A DNA stretch of 64,000 nucleotides from the human T2T-CHM13v2.0 reference genome, Homo sapiens: NCBI RefSeq assembly GCF_009914755.1, contig NC_060947.1; one strand, 5' to 3'. Shown here piece by piece: positions 41,843 to 55,985 of the stretch. The notes beneath the pieces are model-generated. The model saw only the letters and a list, made by a program, of their open reading frames with translations. It was not told where the DNA came from and made no database searches. The first letter of the stretch is position 1. The number at the start of each line of letters is the position of its first letter. The translations under genes and the position numbers were made by a program.

Positions 41843-42366
41843 TTGTTACGCTTGTCTATAGATGTGTACAAATCACCCTAAACTTAGTTGTAGACAAAAA
41901 ACAACAACTATTTATTACTGTTTTTCACAGTTCTGGGGGTTGTCTGGATTCAGCTAGGCAGCTCTTGCTTGAGTTATTTCTTGCAGTTACAGTCAGATAG
42001 TTGCTGGGGCTAGAGTCATCTGGAAGGCTTCTTTACTCAAATTTGTGCCTATTGGTGCTGGCTGCCAGCTGAGACCTCACTTTGGGGTTGTCAGCCAAAT
42101 GCCCATATCTTGCCTGTCTGTGTGGGAGCTTTCTCATAGCATGGCAACTGGGTTCTAAGAGCAAAAATCCCAAGAGAAGCTGACAGCCCAGTGAAAGCCT
42201 TTACAATTTAGCTTTAGAAGTCACAGAAGCATCACATTGTTTTGCATTTTATTCATAAGAAGCAAGTCAGTCAGGCCACACCATATTCAAGTAGAAGGAG
42301 ATTTGACTTTGCCTCTGAATGAGAGGTGTATCAAAGAAGTTGCAGACATGATTTAAAACCACCACT
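41843..42366 (-). mobile_element. MLT1F/G/H-like MaLR LTR
   Basis: caaatcaccctaaacttag...gctggggctagagtcatctggaaggc...ttaaaaccaccac. Confidence 0.75.
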
Positions 42367-43161
42367 CTTCTCTTACTGATAAAGACAGGAAATCGTGTAG
42401 TTAACTTCAGCTGCTCCGATCGACAAGATTCTAAGGGATTAAAGAGCATAGATCAAGGAAGCAAATATGACTCTGTGGTACGATGATCGTTTCATTTAAA
42501 AAATACAAAGGTAGTTTACTGTATAACAAAGATTGTTCTTCTAACCCTTGCATGAGATCAACTATTTCCTTTCAAGCCCCAGCTTCAGCTGTGAAAGCAA
42601 TCGGCTGGCTCATGTTGCCATTTTTCCTGGAGAGCACCTTTCTTTCAATGCCCACCTTTCTCCCATTATTGTGAAGGTCCCTGGCTGTTAGACTTCCCAA
42701 ACATAGCTGTAATATCTAGCTATCCATTAGAGTTGGCACAAGGCCCACCCTCCTACCCTACACCCTGAAGTCTTAGAAACCAAAAGGACACAAAAGTTGT
42801 ATAACTCAAAGTTTAGCCCTATCATACTAGTGTCTAATGGGGCTCATGGTAACTGACATTTAGGAGATTCTGTTTCCTTTGTGTTTTAACGGACCCTTGA
42901 AGCTATCTATAATTGTAACACATTTATTTTAAAATGTTCAGTAATGTTCTATAGAAATACATTGCAAAAATTTTAAACAGACATACCATTAGAAGGTCAT
43001 TACCAGTTCTCACTTCTCTTGAGTTTTTATGTGCAGCACACTAGCAGGGGGCCCAAATGCTGTAGTGGAAACTACAAAAATTCAGTGTTAGGGTAAACTT
43101 TTGGGCCACGTGGGCCCTCTGTTATAATATTGTCCTCAAGAATAGGAGCAAGAAAAGACAA

Positions 43162-43586
43162 TTACAGCAAACCACTAGTCTATGTTTACCAATCCTTTTT
43201 CTTTCCCCGCTGTACACAGCTAGACTACATTTCCCAGCCCTTTGAGGTTAGAGAGAGTCCATATGGCTGAGTTCTGTAACCAGTGAAATACATGCAGAAG
43301 TCATGCAGGCCAGTTTTACACCAGGCCATAAAACTCCATATCTATCTCACTTTGTTTCCCTTCTGTAGAAATCTTGCAGGCCACATATTGAATATGATGG
43401 AATTATAAGGTAGCATTAAAAGGTGGAAGAAACCTATGTCTCAGAGTGGCCACGTGAAGACTTGTCCCCTGCTGACTGTATTAGACTATGATACAATTGA
43501 CAAAATTAAATACAATTTAATTTTATTAAGCCTTTGAGAGTTCAAAAATTTATCTGTTATAGCAGCTGGCATCACCATCACTAACA
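43162..43586 (+). mobile_element. MLT1I/J-like MaLR LTR
   Basis: gctagactacatttcccagccc...ctgagttctg...tctgttatagcagc. Confidence 0.7.
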
Positions 43587-44025
43587 TCTCTCTCATTTAT
43601 TTTTGTAGAATAAGAGTCCAGTAGAACTTGATACATGTGGAGTTGAGGCACAGAGTTTCTCCCCAAATCTCAGGAATAACCAACTGGATAAAGAGGAGAG
43701 TAATAATACACTAACAGCTAGTCATGACCTTTAAGACAGAAATATAAAATTGTTCAGGAAAGTGCATTACCATGCCAATGTGGAAGAAAGGGCAATCTAC
43801 CTCACAGAAGAAAAAATGAGAAAAGAGACAGGCTATGGTGTATTGTTAAGACCCAGAGCAGAGCTTATCTAATTGGCCCACCACACAGGTTGCTGAGAGT
43901 GGAGGAGGAAGATGCTCTGTGGGATCTTCCTGCACACAATCATATTTCCACTATGGAGGGAAAAACAGAGTCCTTTGCACCCTTCACCTCAGTATATATC
44001 CTTGACTTTCTTGCGGGTGCAGTGA

Positions 44026-44078
44026 AGTGTGTGTGTCTTTGTGTGTGTGTGTGTATGTGTGTGTGTTCATGTATGTGT
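44026..44078. repeat. Imperfect (TG)n
   Basis: Read directly. Confidence 0.85.
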
Positions 44079-45101
44079 ATCTGGAGAGTGGAGAATGGAG
44101 GACAGCTTCGCTAGAGATCAATAATAGGAAAAATTAAAAGTCAGCTCCCTTTGTCCCTTCTCAAATCATATCATGCCAGAGTCCCTTACTCTGTCATTCT
44201 ATTGTACTCATCTTGTGAAAAAACATCAAGAAACCAAGTATAGACCAAGAGGTTCTATAAAATATACCAATATAAAAAAACACCAAGAAACCAAGTATAG
44301 ACCAAGAGGTTCTATACATTTGAGTTGTGAGTTCCAATTAAATTATTTACATGCCTTCTTTTTGCTCTTCTGGGAACATACTTTCACTATATGTTGGGTA
44401 TGTATACCTCTATCAATAAATTGTAAGGAGATATAAGTATATATAGATATAGATATAAATGTAGATATAGATATAAATCTGGAATATCTAACAAAAGCAG
44501 TAATAGCTACTCTGTTCAACCTTGGAAAGTGCCAGTGCATTATTTTCATAATGTTCCTGACAATGTTTCCAGTAGCAGCACTTTCATCACAGGATTAAAA
44601 ACCTAAGACTAATAAGTTATAAATTAAATCGCTTTGCAGTTTTTCACTGTCTTTCAAATGAAATAAGACTTCCTGATACTTTCTGATAATCAAGATAAAA
44701 TTCAAGTACACATCAAGCCCTTAGCCTACAATTTATTTTTACAATAATTTTATATGGGATTTGTGAAACAGAGTCCCTAGTTGAATTATCTAATCTATTT
44801 CCATTTTTCCAATATTTATTTTACTGTTCTGAGGGGGGAAACACAAATGTTTAACAAGAGATTCCAATCAGAATTCACTTATCACCATTTGTATTTGATG
44901 AGGCACAAAGCCACACTGGAAATTTAACCTTGCAATACTGGATGCTTGTGTCAACTACAGGCACAGGCCAGCCATGAGCTCATATTGTACAGTCTACTGA
45001 TTCCCTTCCCATTACCTGATTCCTATACCCCAGTAAGTTTAAGTTCCATCATTTCCATAAAATTTTTGAACTCCAGAGTAATTCTGGATATTTGTACAGT
45101 G

Positions 45102-45770
45102 TGTAGTAAGCAATTAACCAGACCCAAAGAGAGGTCTAGCCTTTGCCCTCAGCTCCTGGGAGTGATCTCTAAGACCTTGGAATGTCCTGCCTGATAAGAA
45201 TGTCTTTGTTTACCTCAGGGCCTTGGGTCACACTGGATCGTCTAACAATGTGATTTATAGCGGGGGTTTTGGACCATTCAGTATCAGCTTGACCTCCAGA
45301 GGGACTGGAGACTAAAAATCAGCCATGTGTCAGCAGCTTACCATGTCTATGTAACTAAGCCCCAATAAAAACTCTGTATACCAAGGTTCAGGTATGTGTC
45401 TGTGGTTGGCAATATTCTGTATATACCATCACACATTATTGTCAAGAAAAAATTAGCACTGCTCATAACTCTACTGGGAAAGAAAAACTGGAATCTTCTC
45501 ACTTGAAAGTTTCCTAAACTTTGCCTCATATATCTCTTCCTGTGGCTAATTTTAATCTGTATTCCTTTACTCTAATAAATTATATTTGTGAGTATATAGC
45601 TTTCAGTGAGTACTTTGAGTTCTTTCAACAAGTTGCTGAACATGAGGGTGTTTCTGGGTATCCCAAACTTGCAATTGGTTTTAGACATGAGGGTGGTGTT
45701 GGGGGTCCCCAGACTTGCAGTTGGTGCCAGAAGTGAGGGTGGTCTTGGGAATTTCTGAACTCTGCAGACA
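45102..45770 (+). mobile_element. MER77-like (MER21 group) LTR
   Basis: tgtagtaag...cccaaagagaggtctagcctttgccctc...ccccaataaaaactctg...cagaagtgagggtggtcttggg. Confidence 0.75.
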
Positions 45771-46274
45771 CCATGCCAAATGTCTTCAGAATTAACATGC
45801 AAAATTAATCAGATTATGCCATAAATAGCAATAATTTCTGGCAAACCCTGATTAACTACATTATCACTTCCTATGGGTATTGTGTTACTAAAAAAATTTC
45901 TTGCTCTAATATGAATTTTTCATAGCAGAGTGTCCACAGTCTTACAGAAACATATTATGAAACTAGCTTTTAACTAAAATAATGACTCTTAGACTTTTCT
46001 TTCTCAACAGTTTTCCTTGTAATTGGGGATGGATTCCGGCAAAGAACAATGATGTTAGGGTATAATTCAATTATAGTTAATTGTGTAGCCAGAGACGCAT
46101 GTATTATGGCAGCTGTTAGATAATGGAATCTCATTTGCCTTCCTGTACTTTCTCCATTTAAATACTGATACATAAAAACCATGAAGAGGCATGTAAATTT
46201 GCAACAACACTGGAACTTAATAACTTCCGGACTCTAGAAGGAACAAATAATCAAACAAAACAGTTTGAGAAATT

Positions 46275-46790
46275 AAACAGGTTGGGTCTAAGTCAAGAAA
46301 ACAGGAGCATCTCTAGGCTTTCCAAAAGGAGGAATTTAATACAGGGAATTGGTGGCATAGGTGATGGAAGAACAGAGAAGAAAAATACAGTACAGTGAGA
46401 CAACTCAGAGGTTGGCAGTATGAAGAAGCTGCTTTCATTCCTAAGAAGGGGTGAGCATTGGAATCAAGGAGGAATCTGCAAGGTGGGAGTGGATGGAAAT
46501 GTCTGCTAAAATATGGGATACTGAAAGAAGTGAAGCTATGAAGGAGCCACAGCTGCTGCCAAAGCACTGCCTGAGGAACAGAAAGGGGGAAAGAAATACC
46601 GTGGCTTCTCATTTCCCTCAAATTCCTATCTGCTATGAGTATCTCTCTTTGGCAGAAACCAGGTAGAAGCCAGCTAACATGGAAATGTGGGGAGAATGGC
46701 CTGTAATGGTCTACTCCCTACAATATGAAGCAGAACAGGGCAAAGGTGAAGACTAGAACTAAAGAAAATAGGCAAATGAGCAGCATGTTA
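46275..46790 (-). mobile_element. ERVL LTR (LTR41/LTR50-like)
   Basis: ggaatttaatacagggaattgg...gccacagctgctgcc...gaagccagctaaca. Confidence 0.55.
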
Positions 46791-47559
46791 CTAGAGGCTA
46801 AGGCACACTCTAACTTGTGAACCTAAACACTGAAAATATAAAAAGAAGAAAGTTGGAAAAATATCCACTAATTGCCACTAGGTATCCACCAGTATATCTC
46901 AAAGACATACCCCACCAGGAACAAGGTAGCACCACTATGGACTTGCATACAAGTTTGCTAGGGCTGTTGTTCCACCCCGTATAGTGCCTCTTAAAAAAAT
47001 AAATTGAAGACTTTAAGTTCCTAGAAATGCAACATAAGCAGTGCTCAAATATCAAAACAGTGGTAAATTACCTTCTGCAACTTAAGCTATCAGAGAAATC
47101 ACAGAAATCTTAAGCTATCAGAGATGCAGCAGGGCTATGCATGCGAGAAACTATAGGGTTTTATGCACTGTTAGTAAAATAAATAAATACATATACATAC
47201 ATGAATACACAAAGAAACACACACACACACACAAATCCTAAAATGCCTCTACTTATTCAGGAATAAGTTAAGCTTCATAACGTAAATTCAAAGAAGCAGG
47301 AGAAAAACACTTCTTGGTTAGTAGAAGTGCAATGAATTAATGATTTCCAGGCTTAACATACTTGAGTAGAAGCTATGTATATTCACTGTAATTTCAGCTA
47401 AATATCACAGAATGGGGTGCTCTTAGCACTCAATTGGACAGTGGGAAGGGAAAGAGGAGCTACACTGGGCTTGGATTAATATCTTTTCATTTACTAATAA
47501 GCGAAAATAAACCAAATAAAATGGATCCTTAAAAAATGATGTGATTAGATAAGGGGAAG

Positions 47560-49060
47560 GTGAGCATTAACTTGAAGGTAGAGGAAATAATCCTACTTTT
47601 TTAGAGCTGTGCTACATGTTACAAAAGACAACTCTAGGAAAAAAGCATTGGTTGTTCTTAAGGAAAATAAAGAAAATATAGATTGTAAGAAGAAAGAGGT
47701 TGAGATGAGAGGAAACTTAGCTGATATGACAAAGAATTTGATAAGATACAGGCTCAGATGAGGAAGGAAGTCGCTGAGAAAGAGAAAAACAGCAAAAGAT
47801 ATAAAAATGTAATAATAAAATTGAAATTCAGAACCCAATCGAAAAAGAATAGATTTAACACTGCAGGAAATTAATCAGTGATGAGGAGAACAAATTAAGA
47901 AGCATTCACTGAAGATAGAAAAAAATAGACAAGAGACAATATCAAAGAAAGAGAAGAAGATAGATTTGAAGACAAGAGTGTAGAGACTTGCTTTCTCAAA
48001 GAAAATTCACATTCCTGAAGAAGAAAGAAAAGAAATGGTACAGTAATTGGTGGTACAAGAAAAGAAAATGGTCTTCAATTGCTGAATATAAAACATGATT
48101 AATGGATAGAAATTCATGTCTGACATATTCTAGTGCAAGTTTTAAATTTTGAGAAAAAGGAAAATTGCATCTAAGTAGACAAAACAGGTTAACTAAAAAA
48201 GAATAAGAATATGACCAGCCTCATATTTTTCCTGCACCATTATATTCCAGAGAGCAAATAACTGTATCCAGGTAATTTTGAGGGGACAAAGTTGGAAAGA
48301 TAAAAATTTTTTCTTTAGGTGAATTTGCTATTTGTAGTAGATGCTATGGATCTCCCATTATAGGACTCATTCTTCTACCTGCTGGGAGTGCTGGCTACTG
48401 AGAGCTCACAGCTAGACCCCACTCTAGGAATCTCCGCCCAACCAAGCCCAAGATTACACTCCTTTCTGAGGGCAGACCACATACAATGACTAGTCCATGT
48501 GGAGGTACAAAGACCTGGCCCTTTGGCCCTACTTCAAAGTTCGGGGCAACCCTGAAGGGTTATTCCATCCCATCCCTAATCAACCTTCTGCATGTATATC
48601 TCTGTCTCAGAGTCTGCTACAAGGGAACCTGCCCTAAGACAATATTCATTAAATAATAGGAAAATACTTATTCTAGCACCAATTGAGGAATAAAAATAAA
48701 TAGCTAAAGAAAAAAATAGTGATATAATACTATAATTTTAACCATTGAAACTAGTTAGCCATACAGTAATTATCAAAAGTAGGCTTATAAAAGAGAATAA
48801 AAATATAAAATATAGTTTTTGAAAGAGATGGGATATGAGTTATGTATATATTTAATAGCAATCATTTCGCTATAAAAATCCAGATAACATTTTTTAAAAC
48901 TAGGAAGTATGGAAGGAAAGACTATGGGAAAGAAAAGAATTTTACATTTCTTATTTTGTATAGATAACAGTTGAGGTTAAAGGACTCAAAAGAGACTATG
49001 TATTGCCTAAGTTGAATAAGCAAATAACTATAAACCCAAATATAATTCTGACAGAAGCAC
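47560..49060 (+). mobile_element. Very old L1/HAL1 ORF1-like remnant
   Basis: A-rich coiled-coil-type sequence, cattcctgaagaagaaag, gacatattctagtgcaagttttaaa; interrupted by LTR16. Confidence 0.5.
48333..48641 (+). mobile_element. LTR16A/B-like ERVL solo LTR, internally deleted
   Basis: tgtagtagatgct...ctcagagtctgct...cctaagaca; TSD ctatt/atatt. Confidence 0.75.
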
Positions 49061-49165
49061 AAAAGTTGAAGAATTAAAATATCCAATTTTGTTGAAGATA
49101 ATGAGACATGTTTACTATCTTACATGTCAGGAGAGGTACACATTGATACAGTCTTTCTGAAGATA

Positions 49166-49212
49166 TGTGTGTGTGTGTGTGTGTGTGTGTATAAATATAT
49201 ATATGTATATAC
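49166..49212. repeat. (TG)n(TA)n microsatellite
   Basis: Read directly. Confidence 0.92.
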
Positions 49213-52200
49213 ATGTTGCATTTCCAGTTATATGGCAATATATCCATATAATCCTTACACTAGAGTATAAAGATGCATGTAAAGCTTATTGAAGCATTTT
49301 TATTTAAGTGAAAAATTGGAAATAACTTAAAGAGTATCTTAGACCTATTTAAAGTCACTGCTACAGAATGATCTCTATGATGTCAGTTAATAAAAAAAGT
49401 TTTAAAATCTGTATCTATTTTAAATGACAGAAAATCTATATGTGTGAAAAATGGTAGAATATAACAAAGTAAAAAACAAACAAACAAAAATAACGAATAG
49501 AAAAAAGGACAAAATAGCCATCAAAATAAATGGTCAGTTCAAGGAATGGAAACATTCTGCCCATTTACAATGAATAAGAACAAGACCACAATTGTCATCG
49601 TATCACAACTTTGGCTCCAGGCATCCTGGTGACCAAAGTAAGCCAGAAACTTAACAATAACAGCAACAATTAAAAACGATAAAAAAAACAACAGAATTGA
49701 TTTTCTAGTTTCCATTCTTCATAAGTAAAAAATAAAGCCAATAGTATCTCAGAGGATGTGAAAGATGTACTCTAAAATATATTTCTGAGATAGGAGACAC
49801 TTGAATTGTTGATGAGATGTTGGTTACATCAATAGGCTCTTATAACATCATTCTCTGAAATATGAAGACATAACAACTCAGTGCAAGCAGCTTCATAGTG
49901 AGGACAAGACAGTTCAGTACAAAGATACAGCTTTAATGGTCTAACTTGAACCATAGAGAAGTCATAGACTATGTAGCAAAATACATGGCTTGAATATCTG
50001 TATAACAATCCACCATAAAGACCAATTCTTTCAACTAGGATTTTGATAAACTTTGTAAAGTGGTCTCTTATGTCGTACTCTGTTTGGAAATATAAACCAT
50101 ACATACGAGTATCATGTGAGTAGAACCAATAATCAGCTCTAGAAAAAGTAGTTCAAAGGAGGGAGATGTCACTTACCATTGTACTGAAGGGGCAAACTAT
50201 GCAGGAACTATACTTTGAGTTAGGCATTGAAAAATTAGGGAGGTTTTCAGTGGTTAAAGTTTAGGGGGATGGGAGTGAGTGATGGCATACCTACAAGTGA
50301 GAGAGCTATATTTAAAAGTACACTAGGCTTAAAGTTAACAAATATGGGTAATAAACTGACATTTTGTGATAGGCATGAATGAAATAGCTGAGCTGAGAAA
50401 GTAGAAGGAAAGTTTGGTGGAACACTTGAAGATAGGTCTGCTGGACTGAAGCAGATTGTTTAAGGGAACAGTAAGAGTTGAGAGTGGGTTGGTTTGGACC
50501 ATGAGGTAGCAACAATCAATATGCTATTTTTTTACTGTGGTTTCAGATTCCACCTAAGGTTCCTAGGAACAATAATGGAATATTTGTTATAAATAAGCTA
50601 CAAAGAAGCTTAGAAATCATTTAGTTAACTCCCTGATTTCAAAGAAGAAAAATATGAGCTCCATAGAAGTAAAGAAAATCACAATTCCTCCCGGAATGCT
50701 TCCCTTTTGAAGCTAGAACCATGCTGAAAAGATGTTAGAAGACTGGATGACGAACGAGGGAAATCCTGGATGTTCCAAATTCAGCTGAGCTCTGAGCAGA
50801 AATCATTGTTATTTTTAGTCATTCAGTTCTGAGATTGTTTGATACACATCACTAGATAATTGGAGGGACGTGACTATATGTTTTCTAGGCTTTTCCCACT
50901 TTTCTAGCAAAAACCTGCTTCACCCCATTCCTGTCTTCTCTCATCCCAGCAAACTTTTTCCCCAAGTGGCTGATTGTCCCATCACTACTTATTTCCCCAA
51001 AGTATTCTCTACTTCTCTACCCCATTATCTCAAATGCACCTTATCTATTCTCTCCTCTCCTAAGTTACACATTGTACAAAAATGGAAATATGACAAGTAG
51101 ATGGTATTTCTCACGAAGAAAAGCACAGCAGGAGGAAGATTGGCCCTGCTCCATCTCATTACCACAATCATTAGCCAGCACACAGGTGAATAATTACCAG
51201 ATGTTGGATATTCCTCAGATTTCTCCTCTCTCAGAATGTAGGAAAAGAGGGTACTCAGCCACATGTCGCTGATGATCTTCAGCAAGTGACCCTTCTGACA
51301 TTCACTCCTCCTTCTCCCACCTCACTTCTCTCTGTCCATCCATGGTAGTCTGTGAGTATGACCCCTGATCACACCAAATGCTCCAGGCAAACCTAGTGCT
51401 GCCAAAGTAACTGTCATTACTTCACCCTAGAACAGAGTTTGTCAAAGACTCTCTTGGAGTTTGTCGGGGAAAGAGGGGTAAGAAGGCAGAAGAGCTTACC
51501 TTCCTTCTATTTCATATGGTAAAGCTTCTCTGCCAATAAAATATCTGAAAACCACAGCCCTAAACTTTTGTTCCCAAAGCCCTCAAACAGATGAACAAAG
51601 CCAAATTTCTGAAAGCAAGTCAGTCTTTCCTAGGGAGCCACACATAGTGTCATGGGTCCCAGGGCAACCCAGTTGGAACAAGCAAAGAGATATTGTCTCA
51701 CAGAGTCCAGTTTATAGCTTACTCTCCTACCCTTGAGATGACTTTATATCTTCATTTTTATTTTCTGAGAAGTTAGTTCTGTTGGATAGCAAGAAGTTTA
51801 AATATATTATCTCACAGCTGATGTCTCTGCTTACATTCTCACAAAGATCTGAAAGAAAGGATAGATGTTCACAGGGAAATTCCCGTGAGTATGGCTAGGT
51901 GGTATTTTGACTAGGTTATTGTTGTTCCTAGGAACTTTAATCATTCAAAAGAACTTCTCTCAAAACGTAGAACTGAAAGTGAAGACTATTTGGGATTCTG
52001 AGTTAATTTTACATACAAATCAAAATAGCTTAGAGTTAAAAACAAATTAAGTATATCCCATCAGCAACAAAATTCAATCTGTTGTCAGTAGAGTGTACTT
52101 AATGGTGGGGATCAAAACTAGCCAGTAACTACCATTAGCTGGCTTCCTTGCCACTTCTGCACTTCCTTTGGGAAACCTCTATAAAACCTTCGTAAAGCAG

Positions 52201-52223
52201 GATTTTCCCCTAAGTGATTTTGG

Positions 52224-52358
52224 CAGTGTGTTCATATAATTTATCACACACATTGGGGTAATTTTGAGAGTAAAAGGGGGTTCTATGAATAATTTGCTCA
52301 GTGGTAACAGGCATAAAATGGAATTGTCCTGGGCAAGCTTGAATGCATGGTATCCCTA
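52224..52358 (+). mobile_element. MER81 hAT-Blackjack MITE
   Basis: catataatttatc...ttttgagagtaaaaggggg...tgtcctgggcaa...atggtatcccta. Confidence 0.7.
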
Positions 52359-53351
52359 ATCTTGGAGAATAAAAGAAAGATCTCTGTACTAAAAAATATC
52401 CCCACAACTGTTTGTGACACCATTCACCAATGGAGCACCATTCCAGAAAATCCTTTTAATATGCAATACCTTCAAGGAGAACAGCACTTGTTTTTACTGG
52501 TCAGACGTTAATATAAACAAGTATATGAATTGCTTCCTTTTTAACAGGTGACAAAAATTAAAGCACTGCATAAAGTAAAACCTTAAAAAGAGAAGTAAAA
52601 GATGTAGAACCATATCACTAGGCTCTATTTTAGAAGGACTGAACAGGTAGGGTGTCCTTGTTGGGGAATCACAATGGAGCTAGGTTTCTGAGAGTAGACT
52701 CCAATCAGAGAAATCTAGAAAGGGATATAAGCAGTGCAGAGGGCAAACTCTATTTAGGATACAATATTGCCTCAAGCTATTCTAGACAATCTCCCTTTTA
52801 TTAAGGTCAAGCCCCCCACCATGTTCATTGCTGACAATAGGATGTTGAAATTAAAAATCTAAGAGAAAAGCAACTGAGGTTTTGGATTTGGTAGTTTACT
52901 TACAGTGGGTAGAGCAGACCTAGAAAAAGTAATGGAGCTGAAACATAAAAAACATTTTTAAAGAACTAAATTAATGCTGTTGGAAGTGAAAATCTAGTGA
53001 GTGCTGTGGTACCAATTTTATAAAGAGGTCCTCTAAAGTGACATTTCTTTGAGTTAATGCTGCTGCTGAGTTCTTAAGGGGGTGGAGGGGGTGGTGGCAA
53101 GTGGGGAAAGAAGTGTCCTGGATCTGACTGTAGAAAGCCACGTTAGCCAGCTCCATTACCACCCATATGCCAACTGGAGTTATGGCAAGCAATGCAGATT
53201 GGTTTAAAATTTAACAAATTTGATTCAGTTGGGGAGCTTCAATAAAATGTGATTTACAGGTAGGCAAAGGATTATTTTAGTTTCCATATTTAGTGTCCAC
53301 CTCTTTCCCCAGGGAACTGATACAGTATGATTTGAATTGGCTTTAGTTCAT

Positions 53352-54742
<1,391 letters not shown>

Positions 54743-55035
54743 AATGTTTAATTTGTTTTGAAGGAAATTTTAAAGGAGTCTTTTCAGGTTGGCATGTTAC
54801 TAGCAGCACTTACGTTGTCTAATTGCTTTTATATTTATTAAAGAAATACATTTTTAGGATGAGTAGAGAAGTTAGAAAATAATTCTTTGGATGCCAAGAA
54901 GTGAAAATTTATTGAAGATTTTAAGGAAAATTTTAATCTCATTTAAATATATCCACACAAGAATTTGAGAGATTGACTAAGGATTGAGGGAGAGGAAGGC
55001 GGGAAAAAGAATATCTGAGAAATAGCATGTAGATA

Positions 55036-55070
55036 TGTATTAGGGTTCTCTAGAGGGACAGAACTTATAT

Positions 55071-55108
<38 letters not shown>

Positions 55109-55496
55109 GGGAGTTTATTAAGTATTAACTCACATGATTACAAGTTCCCCCAATAGGTCATCTGCAAGCTGAGGAGCAAGGAAAGCCAGTCCAAGTCTCA
55201 AAACTGAAGAACTTGGAGTCCAATGTTCAAGAGCAGGAAGCATCCAGCATGGGAGAAAGATGCTGGCTTGGAGGCTAGGTCAGTCCAGTCTTTTCATGTT
55301 TTTCTGCCTGCTTTATATTCTAGACATGCTGGCAGCTGATTAGATGGTGTTCACCCAGATTAAGAGTGGGTCTGCCTTTCCCAGCCTACTGACTCAAATG
55401 TTAATCTCCTTTGGCAACACCCTCAGAGACACACCCAGTATCAATACTTTGCATCCTTCAATCCAATCAAGTTGACACTCAGTATTAACCATCACA
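55036..55496 (-). mobile_element. MLT2A (HERV-L) solo LTR, MLT2A1-like, with internal (TG)n
   Basis: tgtattagggttctctagagggacagaac...caatccaatcaagttgacactcagtattaaccatcaca. Confidence 0.9.
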
Positions 55497-55764
55497 GGGC
55501 ATTTGATTAATTCATGGACTGATTGATTTTATGAATATGTTATTAGCCTATGCAGTGTTTGAAAAATAATTGAAACACATTTCTTCAGTTGAATGTAAAC
55601 CCTGAACTCTCATAAGGTGAGAAAGTGATGTTTCTGTTCCTAATTTCTCATTTCAATGGCACCATCAGGATTTTTATAGGTTAGACCTAAGATTCTCAAA
55701 CTACATGAAAAAGGGCTAGGAGACATTGTTTTGACTAAGAAGTTATTCCATTGTCTTTATCAAA

Positions 55765-55985
55765 TCCATGAGCAAGAGGCTTGTACGAGTCAGCTTTACC
55801 CTTTTACTGGCTGTATAACCATAGACAAGTCACTTGGCCTCTCTAGCCTTATTTTCTCATCTGCAGAAATGTAGGAACAAATTATTTACTTCTGTGAGGC
55901 TTAAAAAATGAAGTAAAAATCTAAAAGAACTTAGCAAAATACATAGCATAAAATAAATGCTAACAGATGCTTGTTATCTTTTAAT
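55765..55985 (+). mobile_element. MIR
   Basis: gacaagtcacttggcctctctagccttattttctcatctgcagaaatg. Confidence 0.7.

Noticed and set aside
44218-44316. Repeat-spacer-repeat as a CRISPR-like array
   Set aside because: Only two units, eukaryotic context, no cas genes; better explained as a repair duplication
45640-45767. Three ~45 bp degenerate units at the end of the MER77-like LTR
   Set aside because: At least partly consensus structure as I recall; an extra copy cannot be confirmed without alignment
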